A stretch of DNA of 64,000 nt from a virus. A program made the position numbers and the translations under genes. The notes below the pieces were generated by a model. That model was given only the letters and a program-made list of their open reading frames with translations. It ran no database searches and was not told the DNA's origin. The stretch spans positions 3,413-67,412 of the IMG/VR virus record IMGVR_UViG_3300009164_000068. The stretch is one strand, 5' to 3'. Positions 48,752 through 58,893 of this stretch are shown piece by piece. The stretch's first letter is position 1; the number at the start of each line of letters is the position of its first letter.

Positions 48752-51179
48752 ATTTAACGAAATTGAAATGGTGCATTTGGAAGTAACTGGCAAATGCAAT
48801 GCCGGATGTCCAATGTGCAGTCGTTACAATTTTGACGGTGATTTACATACAGGCATAATCGAGTCACATATTAGTAAAGATATATTTTATAAATTCTTTA
48901 ATGTAAGATTTATAAAACAACTTAAACATGTTTATTTTAGCGGAGTATACGGTGACCCTTGTATGCATCCTGACCTTTTAGAGTTTTGCCAACATCTAAT
49001 TTCTAACAATGTAGAAGTTAGACTGGATACTAATGCAGGCTATAGAAAACCGCAATTTTGGTCTGACCTTGCAAGAGCTGGTGTTAAAGTTAATTTTGCA
49101 GTAGACGGTTTAAAAGACACTAACCATATTTATAGACGTAATGTTATATGGGAAGTAGTCGAAGCTAATATGCGAGCATTCTCTGCTGCCGGCGGAGACG
49201 GACAATGGAATTTTATCGTATTTGAACATAACGAAAAAGATATAGAAGCCGCCGAATTATATGCTAAACAATTAAATTTTGATTTTAGAGTTAAGGTTAC
49301 TCAAAAGTTTAGAAAATTTAGTACGTGGCATGTAAAGAACAACGGACAAAAAGTATTCGAACTCAAACCATCTACTATTCCGCTATATAGGCATGACAAC
49401 GTTTCAAATCTTCCGTATGAGAGCTATGATAAGTTTATACCAGAAAAATTTAATTTATCAGATGCCAGATTTTCTGAATATGATAATGTAGAAATTCAAT
49501 GTAAATCATTAGAGCGTAAAGAATTATTTTTAAATTTTGAAGGTTATGTATTACCCTGTTGTTATGTTGGAACACTATACGGCAATGGCCCAAATCAACA
49601 ACAGTTTAAAGACGAATACGACTGGGATAAGTTTAGTTTAGTTACTCATACATTAGAAGAAGTTGTTGACAACTTATCGGTTATAAAAGACTCGTGGAGT
49701 AAAACTACAGCTGATGGAAAATTATTAACCTGTTCACAAACCTGTAATAAAGGTAAAAATGAACTTACAACATTTGTCGGAGGTGACAAAATCGAACGCT
49801 CTACATTTTGCGTCCTACCGTGGACACACGCCCAAACTAAACCAAACGGTCAAATAAAACCTTGCTGCCGATTTGATCATAAAAACGAAGCATATAAGTT
49901 AGCCGACGGCACGTTTAAATTTGATAAGTTTAATATTAATAAAGGAACTACTTATACACAGGCATTAGAATCGCCTGAGTGGCAAGAAATTCGCACATCA
50001 ATGGATAATGGTGAGCGAGTTCCTGGTTGCCGTAAATGTTATCAGGAAGAAGATTTCCAATATAATTCTATATATAAAAATCCAAAGAAACGTGTACGCA
50101 GTATGCGCAGTAAAGAAAACTGGCGCTGGAACAGAGATAATCAAGATACAATAGATGCAAATGGGATTACAGAGCCTGGCAAGATTCGTTATCTTGAATT
50201 AGCCCTTGGCACCTATTGTAATTTAAAGTGTAGAACTTGTACTGCGGATCTAAGTTCTACATGGGTAGAAGATGAAACAGCTCTTAGTAAATTCTATACT
50301 GACAGACAAGTGTATAAGCCTATTATAACTGTAGAAGAAAACTGGGATGTGAGAGATTTTGAAAATGTAGAAGAAATTAAATTCACAGGCGGTGAGCCTA
50401 TGCTACATCCAAATTTTATTAAGATTATTGATATTATCATTGCTACCGGTAGACAGCATTTAATTACTCTTGACATTTTTACTAATGCAAGTTGGGTTCC
50501 ACGAGCAAAGGTACTTGATAGACTAAAACAATTTGGAAAAGTTGTTATTAATCTAAGCGTAGACGGAGTTGGTAAAGTAAATGATTATGTTCGAGCTCCC
50601 AGCGAGTGGCCTACTGTTGAAGAGTCTGTCACTGAATGGTTAGTAGCAGAAAATACATACCCTGATACTTATATTATTAAATGGGCACCGTGCATTAGCA
50701 TTTATAATGTATGGCAGTTTGATCAAATGGTTGACTGGTGGGTTAATTTACAGCACAAAATAAAAGGACAAGGTTGGTGGCTAAGCATTACTAAAATCCA
50801 GTCTAATGATGTTATAGAAGTGCCGCAGGTTACTATGCTTGCAAACGTAGTACATGATCCTAAATATCTTTCTGCCAGTCACTATCCTGATAAGGAAGCA
50901 TTAATTGCTCAATTAGTACACCATAAGAGAAATTTTGTTAGCAAAGTTAAGGCAGAGGTTAGTAGCGAAGAAGATCAATGGGCAGTTGAATTACAACTTG
51001 AAGGAATTTATAACAAAGTTGTAGGTGCATTATACGCCCCAGCGGATCCAATAATGTTAAAAACATTTATCGAATACACCGCAGACCTTGATAAGTTAAG
51101 AGGGCAGGATCTACGTACTGATATTCCGTTTTTATGGGATAAGATTAAAGATCATGTAGAATATAAAGGCAGAATGTAA
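48744..51179 (+). CDS. Double radical SAM fusion protein (type A + type B), 811 aa
   Basis: Two CxxxCxxC motifs (CNAGCPMC, CNLKCRTC) flanking two adjacent twitch-like Cys domains. Confidence 0.9.
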   Translation: MYKFNEIEMVHLEVTGKCNAGCPMCSRYNFDGDLHTGIIESHISKDIFYKFFNVRFIKQLKHVYFSGVYGDPCMHPDLLEFCQHLISNNVEVRLDTNAGYRKPQFWSDLARAGVKVNFAVDGLKDTNHIYRRNVIWEVVEANMRAFSAAGGDGQWNFIVFEHNEKDIEAAELYAKQLNFDFRVKVTQKFRKFSTWHVKNNGQKVFELKPSTIPLYRHDNVSNLPYESYDKFIPEKFNLSDARFSEYDNVEIQCKSLERKELFLNFEGYVLPCCYVGTLYGNGPNQQQFKDEYDWDKFSLVTHTLEEVVDNLSVIKDSWSKTTADGKLLTCSQTCNKGKNELTTFVGGDKIERSTFCVLPWTHAQTKPNGQIKPCCRFDHKNEAYKLADGTFKFDKFNINKGTTYTQALESPEWQEIRTSMDNGERVPGCRKCYQEEDFQYNSIYKNPKKRVRSMRSKENWRWNRDNQDTIDANGITEPGKIRYLELALGTYCNLKCRTCTADLSSTWVEDETALSKFYTDRQVYKPIITVEENWDVRDFENVEEIKFTGGEPMLHPNFIKIIDIIIATGRQHLITLDIFTNASWVPRAKVLDRLKQFGKVVINLSVDGVGKVNDYVRAPSEWPTVEESVTEWLVAENTYPDTYIIKWAPCISIYNVWQFDQMVDWWVNLQHKIKGQGWWLSITKIQSNDVIEVPQVTMLANVVHDPKYLSASHYPDKEALIAQLVHHKRNFVSKVKAEVSSEEDQWAVELQLEGIYNKVVGALYAPADPIMLKTFIEYTADLDKLRGQDLRTDIPFLWDKIKDHVEYKGRM

Positions 51180-52438
51180 TGGATAATAAAACTTTTTGTC
51201 CCATGCCTTTTTGTCACGTTAATGTTAAACAAGAAGGTAAAGTAAGTGCTTGCTGGAGATATCCCGACCGTATTGGAGACTATACCAGCGAGTCAATAGT
51301 TGAGATATGGAACGGTGATAAATTAAAAACATTGCGTAAACAATTACTCAACGGAGAACGTCCCGAGGGATGCCGTAGTTGTTGGGACATGGAAGACAGT
51401 GGTGTTAAAAGCACACGTCAACAGACTACAGAAGATTATAAAAAAATTATTGATTTTAACACAGTCAAAGAAACTATAGCCGATGATTATTCGATGCCTT
51501 TAGGTAATCTAAAAAGTGTTGAAGTTAGATTTGATAATATTTGTAATTTAATGTGCCGTCATTGTAGTCCTGATTACAGCAGTGTTTGGGAAGTTGCTGT
51601 AAAGCGAGATGAATCTCTAAATAAAAAAATGATAGAGCTTGGTACATTTAGAAAACAAGAAGAGCATGTAAAACTTAATGATCAAATAATTGATGAAATT
51701 GGCAGCTTGTCGGATAATCTTGTTGAAGTAATGTTAGCCGGCGGCGAACCGTTATATCATAATAAACATTACAAGTTTATAGAATCGTTATTGCCCAATG
51801 CTGGTAAAATTATGCTCAGCTACAACAGTAATCTAACTACATTAGAGTACAAGGGAAAAAACATATTAGACTTGTGGAAGAACTTTAGACGAGTATTGCT
51901 CCGTGTAAGTATTGACGGTGATAGGGATTGCTATCAATATGTTCGTGTGCATAATGATTTAGATAAAGTAGAAGCTAATATTGCTCGAGTAATTGAATTG
52001 CCAAATACCAAAGTAAGTGCAACCTGTACAACCAGTCTGCTCAATATTACTCGATTAACCAGTGTTGTTGAATATTTTTTAAGTCTCGGCGCATACTTCC
52101 ATACAAGTATTGTTCAATACCCCAGAGCTTTAAATCCTAAATTATTACCCCAAGAATTAAAAGATAAAGTCACTGCTGAATGGAAAGAATGGATCAAAGA
52201 TATTGACAACAACATAGCAAAGAATGTAAAATATACACATAACACCGATTTAGAATTGCATAAGAGAAGTATTTTAAAATTTGGAAATCAAGTTGTTGAT
52301 TATATGAATTCTGCAGACTGGTATAAGCACTGGTCTGAATTTGTAGATTACACTACCACGCTTGATCTACATCTTAAAACTGATATTTTAGATGTATATC
52401 CTGAATTTGACAATTACTTCACAAAGGTTGAACTATGA
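51179..52438 (+). CDS. Radical SAM protein, type B
   Basis: FCPMPF...SACW...CRSC; CNLMCRHC; AGGEP. Confidence 0.9.
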   Translation: MDNKTFCPMPFCHVNVKQEGKVSACWRYPDRIGDYTSESIVEIWNGDKLKTLRKQLLNGERPEGCRSCWDMEDSGVKSTRQQTTEDYKKIIDFNTVKETIADDYSMPLGNLKSVEVRFDNICNLMCRHCSPDYSSVWEVAVKRDESLNKKMIELGTFRKQEEHVKLNDQIIDEIGSLSDNLVEVMLAGGEPLYHNKHYKFIESLLPNAGKIMLSYNSNLTTLEYKGKNILDLWKNFRRVLLRVSIDGDRDCYQYVRVHNDLDKVEANIARVIELPNTKVSATCTTSLLNITRLTSVVEYFLSLGAYFHTSIVQYPRALNPKLLPQELKDKVTAEWKEWIKDIDNNIAKNVKYTHNTDLELHKRSILKFGNQVVDYMNSADWYKHWSEFVDYTTTLDLHLKTDILDVYPEFDNYFTKVEL

Positions 52439-52980
52439 AAATTTTAATTACAGGTAATCCTACTAAAGGACTTGCCGCCTCATTACATAAAATTTATCCG
52501 GATGCAGAATTCGCATCAAGAGCCAACGGCTACGATTTAACAACCAAAGATGGTTATAATAAATTAGTGGCCAAGTGTACAGAGGTTGATGTGTTTATTA
52601 ATTCAAGTGCGCTATGGAAATTTAATCAAACTTTATTGCTCGATGCAGTTTATAAACGTGCCGCTGAAGCTAAACATAATTTACATATTATTTCAATTGG
52701 CTCAACTACTGATAGAACTAAGAAAGCTACTTCGTGGATGTATAATGCAGAAAAGAAAGCACTTCGCGATTTTTCTAATAGCCTAAGCCTTACAGCAGTG
52801 TGGGAAGGTGGCCCTAAGGTTAACTATATCAGTTTTGGCAGTTTATCTAATGTGCAAGAAAAACATCCTGATCGTATTTGTCTTGACATAGATGTTGCTG
52901 CAAACTATATCAAATGGATTGTTGACCAGCCATCTGGAATTTGTATCAACGAACTAAGTGTAGACCCGTTACAACGATGA
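52435..52980 (+). CDS. Minimal short-chain dehydrogenase/reductase (SDR)
   Basis: ILITGNPTKGL Rossmann start; DVFINS; ISIGS; YNAEK (YxxxK). Confidence 0.75.
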   Translation: MKILITGNPTKGLAASLHKIYPDAEFASRANGYDLTTKDGYNKLVAKCTEVDVFINSSALWKFNQTLLLDAVYKRAAEAKHNLHIISIGSTTDRTKKATSWMYNAEKKALRDFSNSLSLTAVWEGGPKVNYISFGSLSNVQEKHPDRICLDIDVAANYIKWIVDQPSGICINELSVDPLQR

Positions 52981-53696
52981 AAATAGCTATCTTCGGAGAC
53001 AGCTTTGCAGATTGCTTGTGGTTTTCAAAATTAAAAATTCAACCCCAGAACGGCCCGGGCTGGCCTGAATTATTAGCAGAGCAGTATGATGTAATAAATT
53101 TTGCCAAAGGCGGCACAAGTCTATATTATTCGTATGATCTATTTTGCAAACATCATTCTCAATTTGATAGAGTAATATTTGTATCAAGTGCCGCTGAAAG
53201 ATTTGCAGTACATTTGCCAGAATCTAACGATGTGTTTCATATAGTGCCGGGTACTGATCTTAACCAACGAATGTCAGAACTTTATCACTACAAAACGGAC
53301 TTACGTATTATACAAGCAGTCGAAGATTATATATCGTATGTTTTAGATACGGAAAAAGAACGTATCTTTGGTAAATTAATGATTGATGATATATGTCGCA
53401 TACGGAGCGATGTGCTATTATTGCCTGCATTTTGGATAAAAGACAATCACTTAATCCCGTTAGATCATTTTTCCTCTATGGAACAACAGTATTACAAATT
53501 ATCTAAGGACACAATTAATTTAAATAACTTAACTGATTTAAGAAAATGTCATCTGACAGACGAAAACAATCAAATGGTTTATCAAAAAATAGTAGATTCT
53601 ATAAACAAAAAAGTAAGTAGTATAAGTATGAGTATATCAGATTTTAAAACACCAACAAAGGAATGGAACGTGTATTGGAAGGTAATACCCTTATGA
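52977..53696 (+). CDS. SGNH/GDSL hydrolase-like protein
   Basis: IFGDSF block I; NFAKGG block II; C-terminal DLRKCH; start moved to ATG 52977. Confidence 0.55.
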   Translation: MKIAIFGDSFADCLWFSKLKIQPQNGPGWPELLAEQYDVINFAKGGTSLYYSYDLFCKHHSQFDRVIFVSSAAERFAVHLPESNDVFHIVPGTDLNQRMSELYHYKTDLRIIQAVEDYISYVLDTEKERIFGKLMIDDICRIRSDVLLLPAFWIKDNHLIPLDHFSSMEQQYYKLSKDTINLNNLTDLRKCHLTDENNQMVYQKIVDSINKKVSSISMSISDFKTPTKEWNVYWKVIPL

Positions 53697-54448
53697 ACAT
53701 AGGAATTTTTGGCGATAGCCACGCCGACTGTGACTACTTGGCATGGAAAGAATATCACCGTGAAGTTGAGCCAGGATGGCCGGAACTCTTAGCAAGTACT
53801 CGGAGATTTTCTGTGACAAATTTTGCCAAAGGCGGATCCGGCACATATTATTCTTACCAGCTATTTCTAAAGCACCATTCTCAATTTGATAAAGTAATCT
53901 TTATTTCCAGTAGCACAGGCAGGTTTAATATACAATTATCTGATCGAAACCAACAAATAATTCCTGGATTTGTACACGCAGTTGAACCGGAACTAAAAAG
54001 ATATCCTAAAGATTCGTTAGACTATAAAACTTTATCAGCTGCAATAGACTATTGCAAGTATGTAATGGATTTTGATAAAGAATTAATTTTTAATCAGTTA
54101 CTAACATCCAACGTATCAGTAGTGCGTCCCGATGTAATATATATTCCTGCATTCCAACAAAATCAACAGTTACCCAATGATTGTATTGTATTAGCTGATG
54201 TGTCTGCTAAGGAAGAAGAGCTATTAAACACTACCCGAGCAGAATTAAGAAAAGGCGTTCCAAAGTGGGACATTAGAAAATGTCATATCAGTGAAGAACA
54301 CAATAACATATTATACAAAAAAGTTCTACATGCAATTGATAATAATCAGCAATTTGCATATTTAACTGAAGCTGATATTATAAAACCATCAAAACCAATC
54401 TCGTTTTATTTTAAACCAACACCAAATGGAATGCCAGGAAATGTCTGA
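53693..54448 (+). CDS. SGNH/GDSL hydrolase-like protein, tandem paralog
   Basis: IFGDSH; NFAKGG; DIRKCH; start moved to ATG 53693. Confidence 0.55.
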   Translation: MNIGIFGDSHADCDYLAWKEYHREVEPGWPELLASTRRFSVTNFAKGGSGTYYSYQLFLKHHSQFDKVIFISSSTGRFNIQLSDRNQQIIPGFVHAVEPELKRYPKDSLDYKTLSAAIDYCKYVMDFDKELIFNQLLTSNVSVVRPDVIYIPAFQQNQQLPNDCIVLADVSAKEEELLNTTRAELRKGVPKWDIRKCHISEEHNNILYKKVLHAIDNNQQFAYLTEADIIKPSKPISFYFKPTPNGMPGNV

Positions 54449-55631
54449 AGATTTAAGCTGGTCGGCATACGACTTTACAAAAATACCCTACGATGACATT
54501 GTTCGTGTAGGACAACGAACTCTACTGTACAGAGACCTGTTCACCGTAAGCTGGTTACTTGGTAGATTCTGTAACTATCGTTGTAGTTACTGCTGGCCGT
54601 ATGCCCGCAGCGATAAGAAAGATCACAGACCAACAGAATTATGTTTAGCAACTATTGATGAGATTAAACGTCAAGCTCGTGAGCGTAACTTTAACAGTTT
54701 TCACTTTAGTCTCAGCGGAGGTGAGCCTACCTTTCATCCTGGATATATTGACATCCTTAATCATTTAAATGATGATGCAGAGAATACTAATTATACCAGT
54801 GTGCATATGACTACTAATATGAGCCGTAGTGTTAGATGGTTTGAAGAAGAATACTGCCCTGCAGTCAGTAAGTTTCATCGAGCAAGTATCACAGCCAGCT
54901 TACATACCGAACATGTAGACTCTCCTGAAAAAATGCAGGATTTTGCAGACAAGTTAATACTATGTCAAGAACACGATGTACAAGTAACTATTAACATGGT
55001 CATGGTTCCTGAGTGGTTTGAACGTGACTTTAATAACGCATTGTTCTTTCACAATCAAGGCATCAATGTAACGCTAAAACCTCAGAGCGATCCTACAGCC
55101 AGTAGAGTGGTAGATGGCTATACTGACGAAATGTTAAAGCGATTACACAACGGTATGCCGCAACGTGCATTCACTGAAGATAAAGCAACTAAGACCAAGT
55201 TAGTTAGCCGACCAGAACCTAAGTTTTACAAAACGCCTGATCCTATATATAAAGAAGAACATTCGAAAATTCCGCAACATTTTCAAGTTGAGTTTATTGA
55301 TAAGAGTAAGAAAGTTTGGTATATGGACCAAGCAGAACGATTCAATGCATTTAACTTTAATAAGTTTAATGGTTGGGAATGTAGTAGTGGATACAGGGGT
55401 ATCATCATACGTGAACCGGACGGTAGTATTAAACGTAGTTACAGTTGTCATGATGCCCCATTAGGTAACATAGAAACTGGTTTTAAATTATTTGACGGAC
55501 CAATGCCTTGCCAGAGCCCCAGTTGTGTTAGTAGCGCAGATAGTAAGATACCAAAACGTGCGCCCGGCACTAAGTTACCGCTATTTCCTGGTGACGAGAC
55601 ATATTTAAAATCTCAAGATAGTATTTCTTAA
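54441..55631 (+). CDS. Radical SAM protein, type C (distinct C-terminal Cys pattern)
   Basis: CNYRCSYC; SGGEP; C-terminal WEC..G...YSC...PCQSPSC; start moved to ATG 54441. Confidence 0.88.
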   Translation: MSEDLSWSAYDFTKIPYDDIVRVGQRTLLYRDLFTVSWLLGRFCNYRCSYCWPYARSDKKDHRPTELCLATIDEIKRQARERNFNSFHFSLSGGEPTFHPGYIDILNHLNDDAENTNYTSVHMTTNMSRSVRWFEEEYCPAVSKFHRASITASLHTEHVDSPEKMQDFADKLILCQEHDVQVTINMVMVPEWFERDFNNALFFHNQGINVTLKPQSDPTASRVVDGYTDEMLKRLHNGMPQRAFTEDKATKTKLVSRPEPKFYKTPDPIYKEEHSKIPQHFQVEFIDKSKKVWYMDQAERFNAFNFNKFNGWECSSGYRGIIIREPDGSIKRSYSCHDAPLGNIETGFKLFDGPMPCQSPSCVSSADSKIPKRAPGTKLPLFPGDETYLKSQDSIS

Positions 55632-56913
55632 TGTCAATATTTAAATATCGATCATAATTATATACTATATTATCTTTCCAACTATCATAGAGTTTTTGTT
55701 TTTCTATTAACGATAAGCCGGCAATTTCTTGCAATCGATCTATGACATAATCTAACTCGTCTAACAAATGTGGCTGAGTTGGAAATTCTAATTTAGAATA
55801 CTCTCTAAATCCTGCCTGCTTTAACTGATCTCCAATTTTATGACCACCCATAGGGATAAAAGGACATGCAGAGCCTATAGCCATAGCTGTTTTTTCAGTT
55901 AAGAATGAACTACTATGCAAAATATCTCGGTAACAGTTAGCTGCAAATGTTTCGAGTGATACGTGCAATAAACAATCAGAATTATCAAAAGTTGTTGGAC
56001 CTGAAATTGTTCCGTCAATATATCTTAAATTGTTTAAGCTATCCAACGACTCGGGCGTTATGAAATCTAATCGGCTACTTTCGTTATCCATACTACATTC
56101 ATTATATTCTTTGATAAAGTCATTTTTACCTGGAAGCATTCTACTATACTTTCCAACAGACCCTAACCCTTCATGTTCAGCCTTCAATATAAACAAACCT
56201 CGATTCAATCTGGTTTTATTTGAAAATGCTTGCCATACAAGTGTATTGTCTGTTATTTTTCTGGTGTCAACCTTATTAATCCTTGTGTCCCTATTAAGAG
56301 ACACATCCATATTAAAATTTAATCCTCTTCCATTATACTGGAAGAACGGTCCTGGAAAAATTGAATGATATGTTTTAACATTTCGTTTGATATTAATTGA
56401 GTCATTATTTAAATATGAGTACATACTACCTACAATGTAAAACTCAAGGCTACCTAAATTTCTATAATGTCGCGTCGATTGCCTACTGTGGCCGAGATTA
56501 GAAAACATAAAATTTTCTAATAGTCTACGTGACGCATCGTAATGATCAACTATTTCCATAGAGCTGTCAATAATTATTGGTATTTTATGTCTAACTAAGA
56601 AATCGCTAATATTGGGATCTATTAATAAAAAATTAGTAACATGAAAAAAATCAAGTTGATGATAGCAACTGATAAAATAGAATACATCTCGATCTTCAGG
56701 TAACTTATCTTGTTTTATAAAATCACTGGCTTTTTCAAATTTTATAAAATCTGAAGGATGGTTATTTAATAATATTGTTATCTCACTAAGCCAATGAAGA
56801 TATCCGTTGTCTTCTTCTTTTAGTTTTTCGTTTATTTTATTGTATGCTGATTCGAGTAATGTATATATTTTTCCGTCTTTAATATCGTCAACTAAGAATA
56901 TTGCTTTTTTCAT
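55570..56913 (-). CDS. Hypothetical protein with C-terminal glycosyltransferase (GT-B)-like motif
   Basis: VSLET...FLTEKT...PFIPMG...L...GF pattern; probable start ATG 56913 (AAGGA SD); 3' end overlaps the convergent rSAM gene by 62 bp. Confidence 0.45.
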   Translation of the reverse strand: MKKAIFLVDDIKDGKIYTLLESAYNKINEKLKEEDNGYLHWLSEITILLNNHPSDFIKFEKASDFIKQDKLPEDRDVFYFISCYHQLDFFHVTNFLLIDPNISDFLVRHKIPIIIDSSMEIVDHYDASRRLLENFMFSNLGHSRQSTRHYRNLGSLEFYIVGSMYSYLNNDSINIKRNVKTYHSIFPGPFFQYNGRGLNFNMDVSLNRDTRINKVDTRKITDNTLVWQAFSNKTRLNRGLFILKAEHEGLGSVGKYSRMLPGKNDFIKEYNECSMDNESSRLDFITPESLDSLNNLRYIDGTISGPTTFDNSDCLLHVSLETFAANCYRDILHSSSFLTEKTAMAIGSACPFIPMGGHKIGDQLKQAGFREYSKLEFPTQPHLLDELDYVIDRLQEIAGLSLIEKQKLYDSWKDNIVYNYDRYLNIDIKKYYLEILNMSRHQEIAVT

Positions 56914-57686
56914 ATGTTCCTTGCAGTCACTAATAAGTGCCAACCTAAATGTTTTTTAACAGCCTGCTTCATAGCATTGGGCATATGGTCAAACCAGGAT
57001 TCAAGTACAAAGTTTCCTTTTTTATACTCTGGTACATTGAACATAAAACAATGATCTTGTTCTATACTTTCTATATTAAAGTCTGTTAGTAAAGTTTTAA
57101 TATCTTCAACGGTAAAGACATCAGCATATGGACACCCTGACTGCGCTTCAAATTGATCAAGTCCTTCTTGTATCATTGCATATTTCCAGGAGTTTTTTGC
57201 ATATACCATAAATTTAAAAACACCATCTTGATCTAATAATCTATTAATACGATTAATGATATTTTGTATATTAGGGTAATGATGAAGGACACCAAAACTA
57301 TAAACTAAATCAAACTTGCCTAAATCAAACAATGATTCAGTATGTGCATCTAAATTTAGAATAGTACCCGGTAATCCGTATACGTTAAATCGTTGTTCTG
57401 CTATTTCTATACTTGCAGTGCTTATATCTATGCCTACATATTCTGCACCAGCTTTTGCAAATTCAATCCCGTCAGTGGCAATTCCACATCCTATTTCGAG
57501 AACACGTTTATTTTCCCATTTGCTAAAGTCTGCAAATTTTAAAATATGTGGCTCAGCAGTATATCTTTTATCCTTAACTTCTTCAAAGTATTCAATACTG
57601 CCTACGGGTTGATCGCTGTGTTTTATATTACAAGGTTGTGTATTCCAGTAATTAACAATTTCAGTTATTTGGTCTTGTGTTGCCAT
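56910..57686 (-). CDS. Class I SAM-dependent methyltransferase
   Basis: VLEIGCGIATD, GIDIS, FDLVYSFGVLHH. Confidence 0.88.
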   Translation of the reverse strand: MATQDQITEIVNYWNTQPCNIKHSDQPVGSIEYFEEVKDKRYTAEPHILKFADFSKWENKRVLEIGCGIATDGIEFAKAGAEYVGIDISTASIEIAEQRFNVYGLPGTILNLDAHTESLFDLGKFDLVYSFGVLHHYPNIQNIINRINRLLDQDGVFKFMVYAKNSWKYAMIQEGLDQFEAQSGCPYADVFTVEDIKTLLTDFNIESIEQDHCFMFNVPEYKKGNFVLESWFDHMPNAMKQAVKKHLGWHLLVTARNI

Positions 57687-58893
57687 AATGTATTACTGTA
57701 TACCCTTCTATTATATGCATTTTACGCCACGGATCAATAAAGACAGTACCTTTTTCAAACTCACAATATAGTTCGTCTACATTATGCTGGTCTGTATATT
57801 GATAAGTTATTGCCGCACTATGAGCTAATAACACTACGCCTTTAACTTTACCGTTAACAGTGTCTCCAGTTAGTGGATCGATATACACTGGATAATGTCC
57901 CATCTCTTTACAGTAATGCCCTACTAACAAACTGTAACTACCATCACAGTATGCTACTTTTGGTTTATATGCTTTTCCGTGAATATAAATGGACATACCA
58001 GTCTTGTCTGCCCACTTAACTAATTCCTTTGCAAGATTCTCAGCTTGTATTTCTCGAGCATCCATAATAGCTGCAAATAAGTCATAACCTAAGTCAAGCT
58101 GTTCTGCCATGTGGCGTAGTGCAATATTGTCACGAGGGTGACACCCACCGCCATCGCCCATACCTGCTGTCATATATTGCGGACCCATGATACGCATAGT
58201 ACTACGAGCAAGAGCATTAGTCACTACGTCTACATTGATGTTGCCTTGTCGAACAGCAACGTCTTGTATCATATTAACTAACCCAATCTTTGCACTGATG
58301 AATGTGTTGTAAAAAACTTTGATACACTCGCACTCGTCCCATGTACCCACTTCGTATCGCGGATTGTTCTGCATCACAGTTTTGTAAAACTCTACAAGCT
58401 GTTTAGCATCACCAGTGGCAGTTCCATCCTCTGTACCAATCATGACCATCTCAGGATTGACCATGTCCCAGCCCACACTGCCCATGGCAATCAAATAAGG
58501 ATTGTAAACAAATCTTGTATTTGTAATTAATGGAACAAACTCGCGTCTTGTAGTTCCTGGCAATACTGTAGATATCAGCACCAGTAACTGATCCTTAGTC
58601 ATGTGTGCATTTGCTTCTTTGATGCATTCTTTAACAATAGAATAATCAAAGTCTTTAGTTGGTAAATGTGCAGTAGGCGTTCTACCATCATATGCAGGAT
58701 CGTGTGGTGTAGGAACAGCAATAAAAACTATGTCGCACTTTGCAACCATTTTTTTAATGCTGTTAATTTGCTTAACCAGCGTGGCGTCTTTTATTTCAAT
58801 GTCATAACCAAAAACATTATGACCAGCTTGTGCAATTGCTTCTGCACAGGGTAAACCTAATTTACCTATTCCTATAAATCCAATATCTTTCAT
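57661..58893 (-). CDS. UDP-glucose/GDP-mannose dehydrogenase family protein
   Basis: GIGKLG Rossmann; FIAVPTP; ISTVLPGTT; YNP; IKVFYNTFIS.KI; GGGCHPRD catalytic Cys; GKAYKP. Confidence 0.9.
   Translation of the reverse strand: MKDIGFIGIGKLGLPCAEAIAQAGHNVFGYDIEIKDATLVKQINSIKKMVAKCDIVFIAVPTPHDPAYDGRTPTAHLPTKDFDYSIVKECIKEANAHMTKDQLLVLISTVLPGTTRREFVPLITNTRFVYNPYLIAMGSVGWDMVNPEMVMIGTEDGTATGDAKQLVEFYKTVMQNNPRYEVGTWDECECIKVFYNTFISAKIGLVNMIQDVAVRQGNINVDVVTNALARSTMRIMGPQYMTAGMGDGGGCHPRDNIALRHMAEQLDLGYDLFAAIMDAREIQAENLAKELVKWADKTGMSIYIHGKAYKPKVAYCDGSYSLLVGHYCKEMGHYPVYIDPLTGDTVNGKVKGVVLLAHSAAITYQYTDQHNVDELYCEFEKGTVFIDPWRKMHIIEGYTVIHYGNTRPNN

Noticed and set aside
41598-52438. Classical RiPP gene cluster
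   Set aside because: No clear leader-core precursor, PqqD/RRE domain, peptidase or exporter; the neighbours are sugar-related enzymes. Kept only as a low-score alternative
41822-55631. Canonical 7-deazaguanine (queCDE/folE/dpdA) or molybdopterin pathway
   Set aside because: No QueD, FolE, DpdA or MoaC recognised; the rSAMs are larger than QueE and carry extra Cys domains
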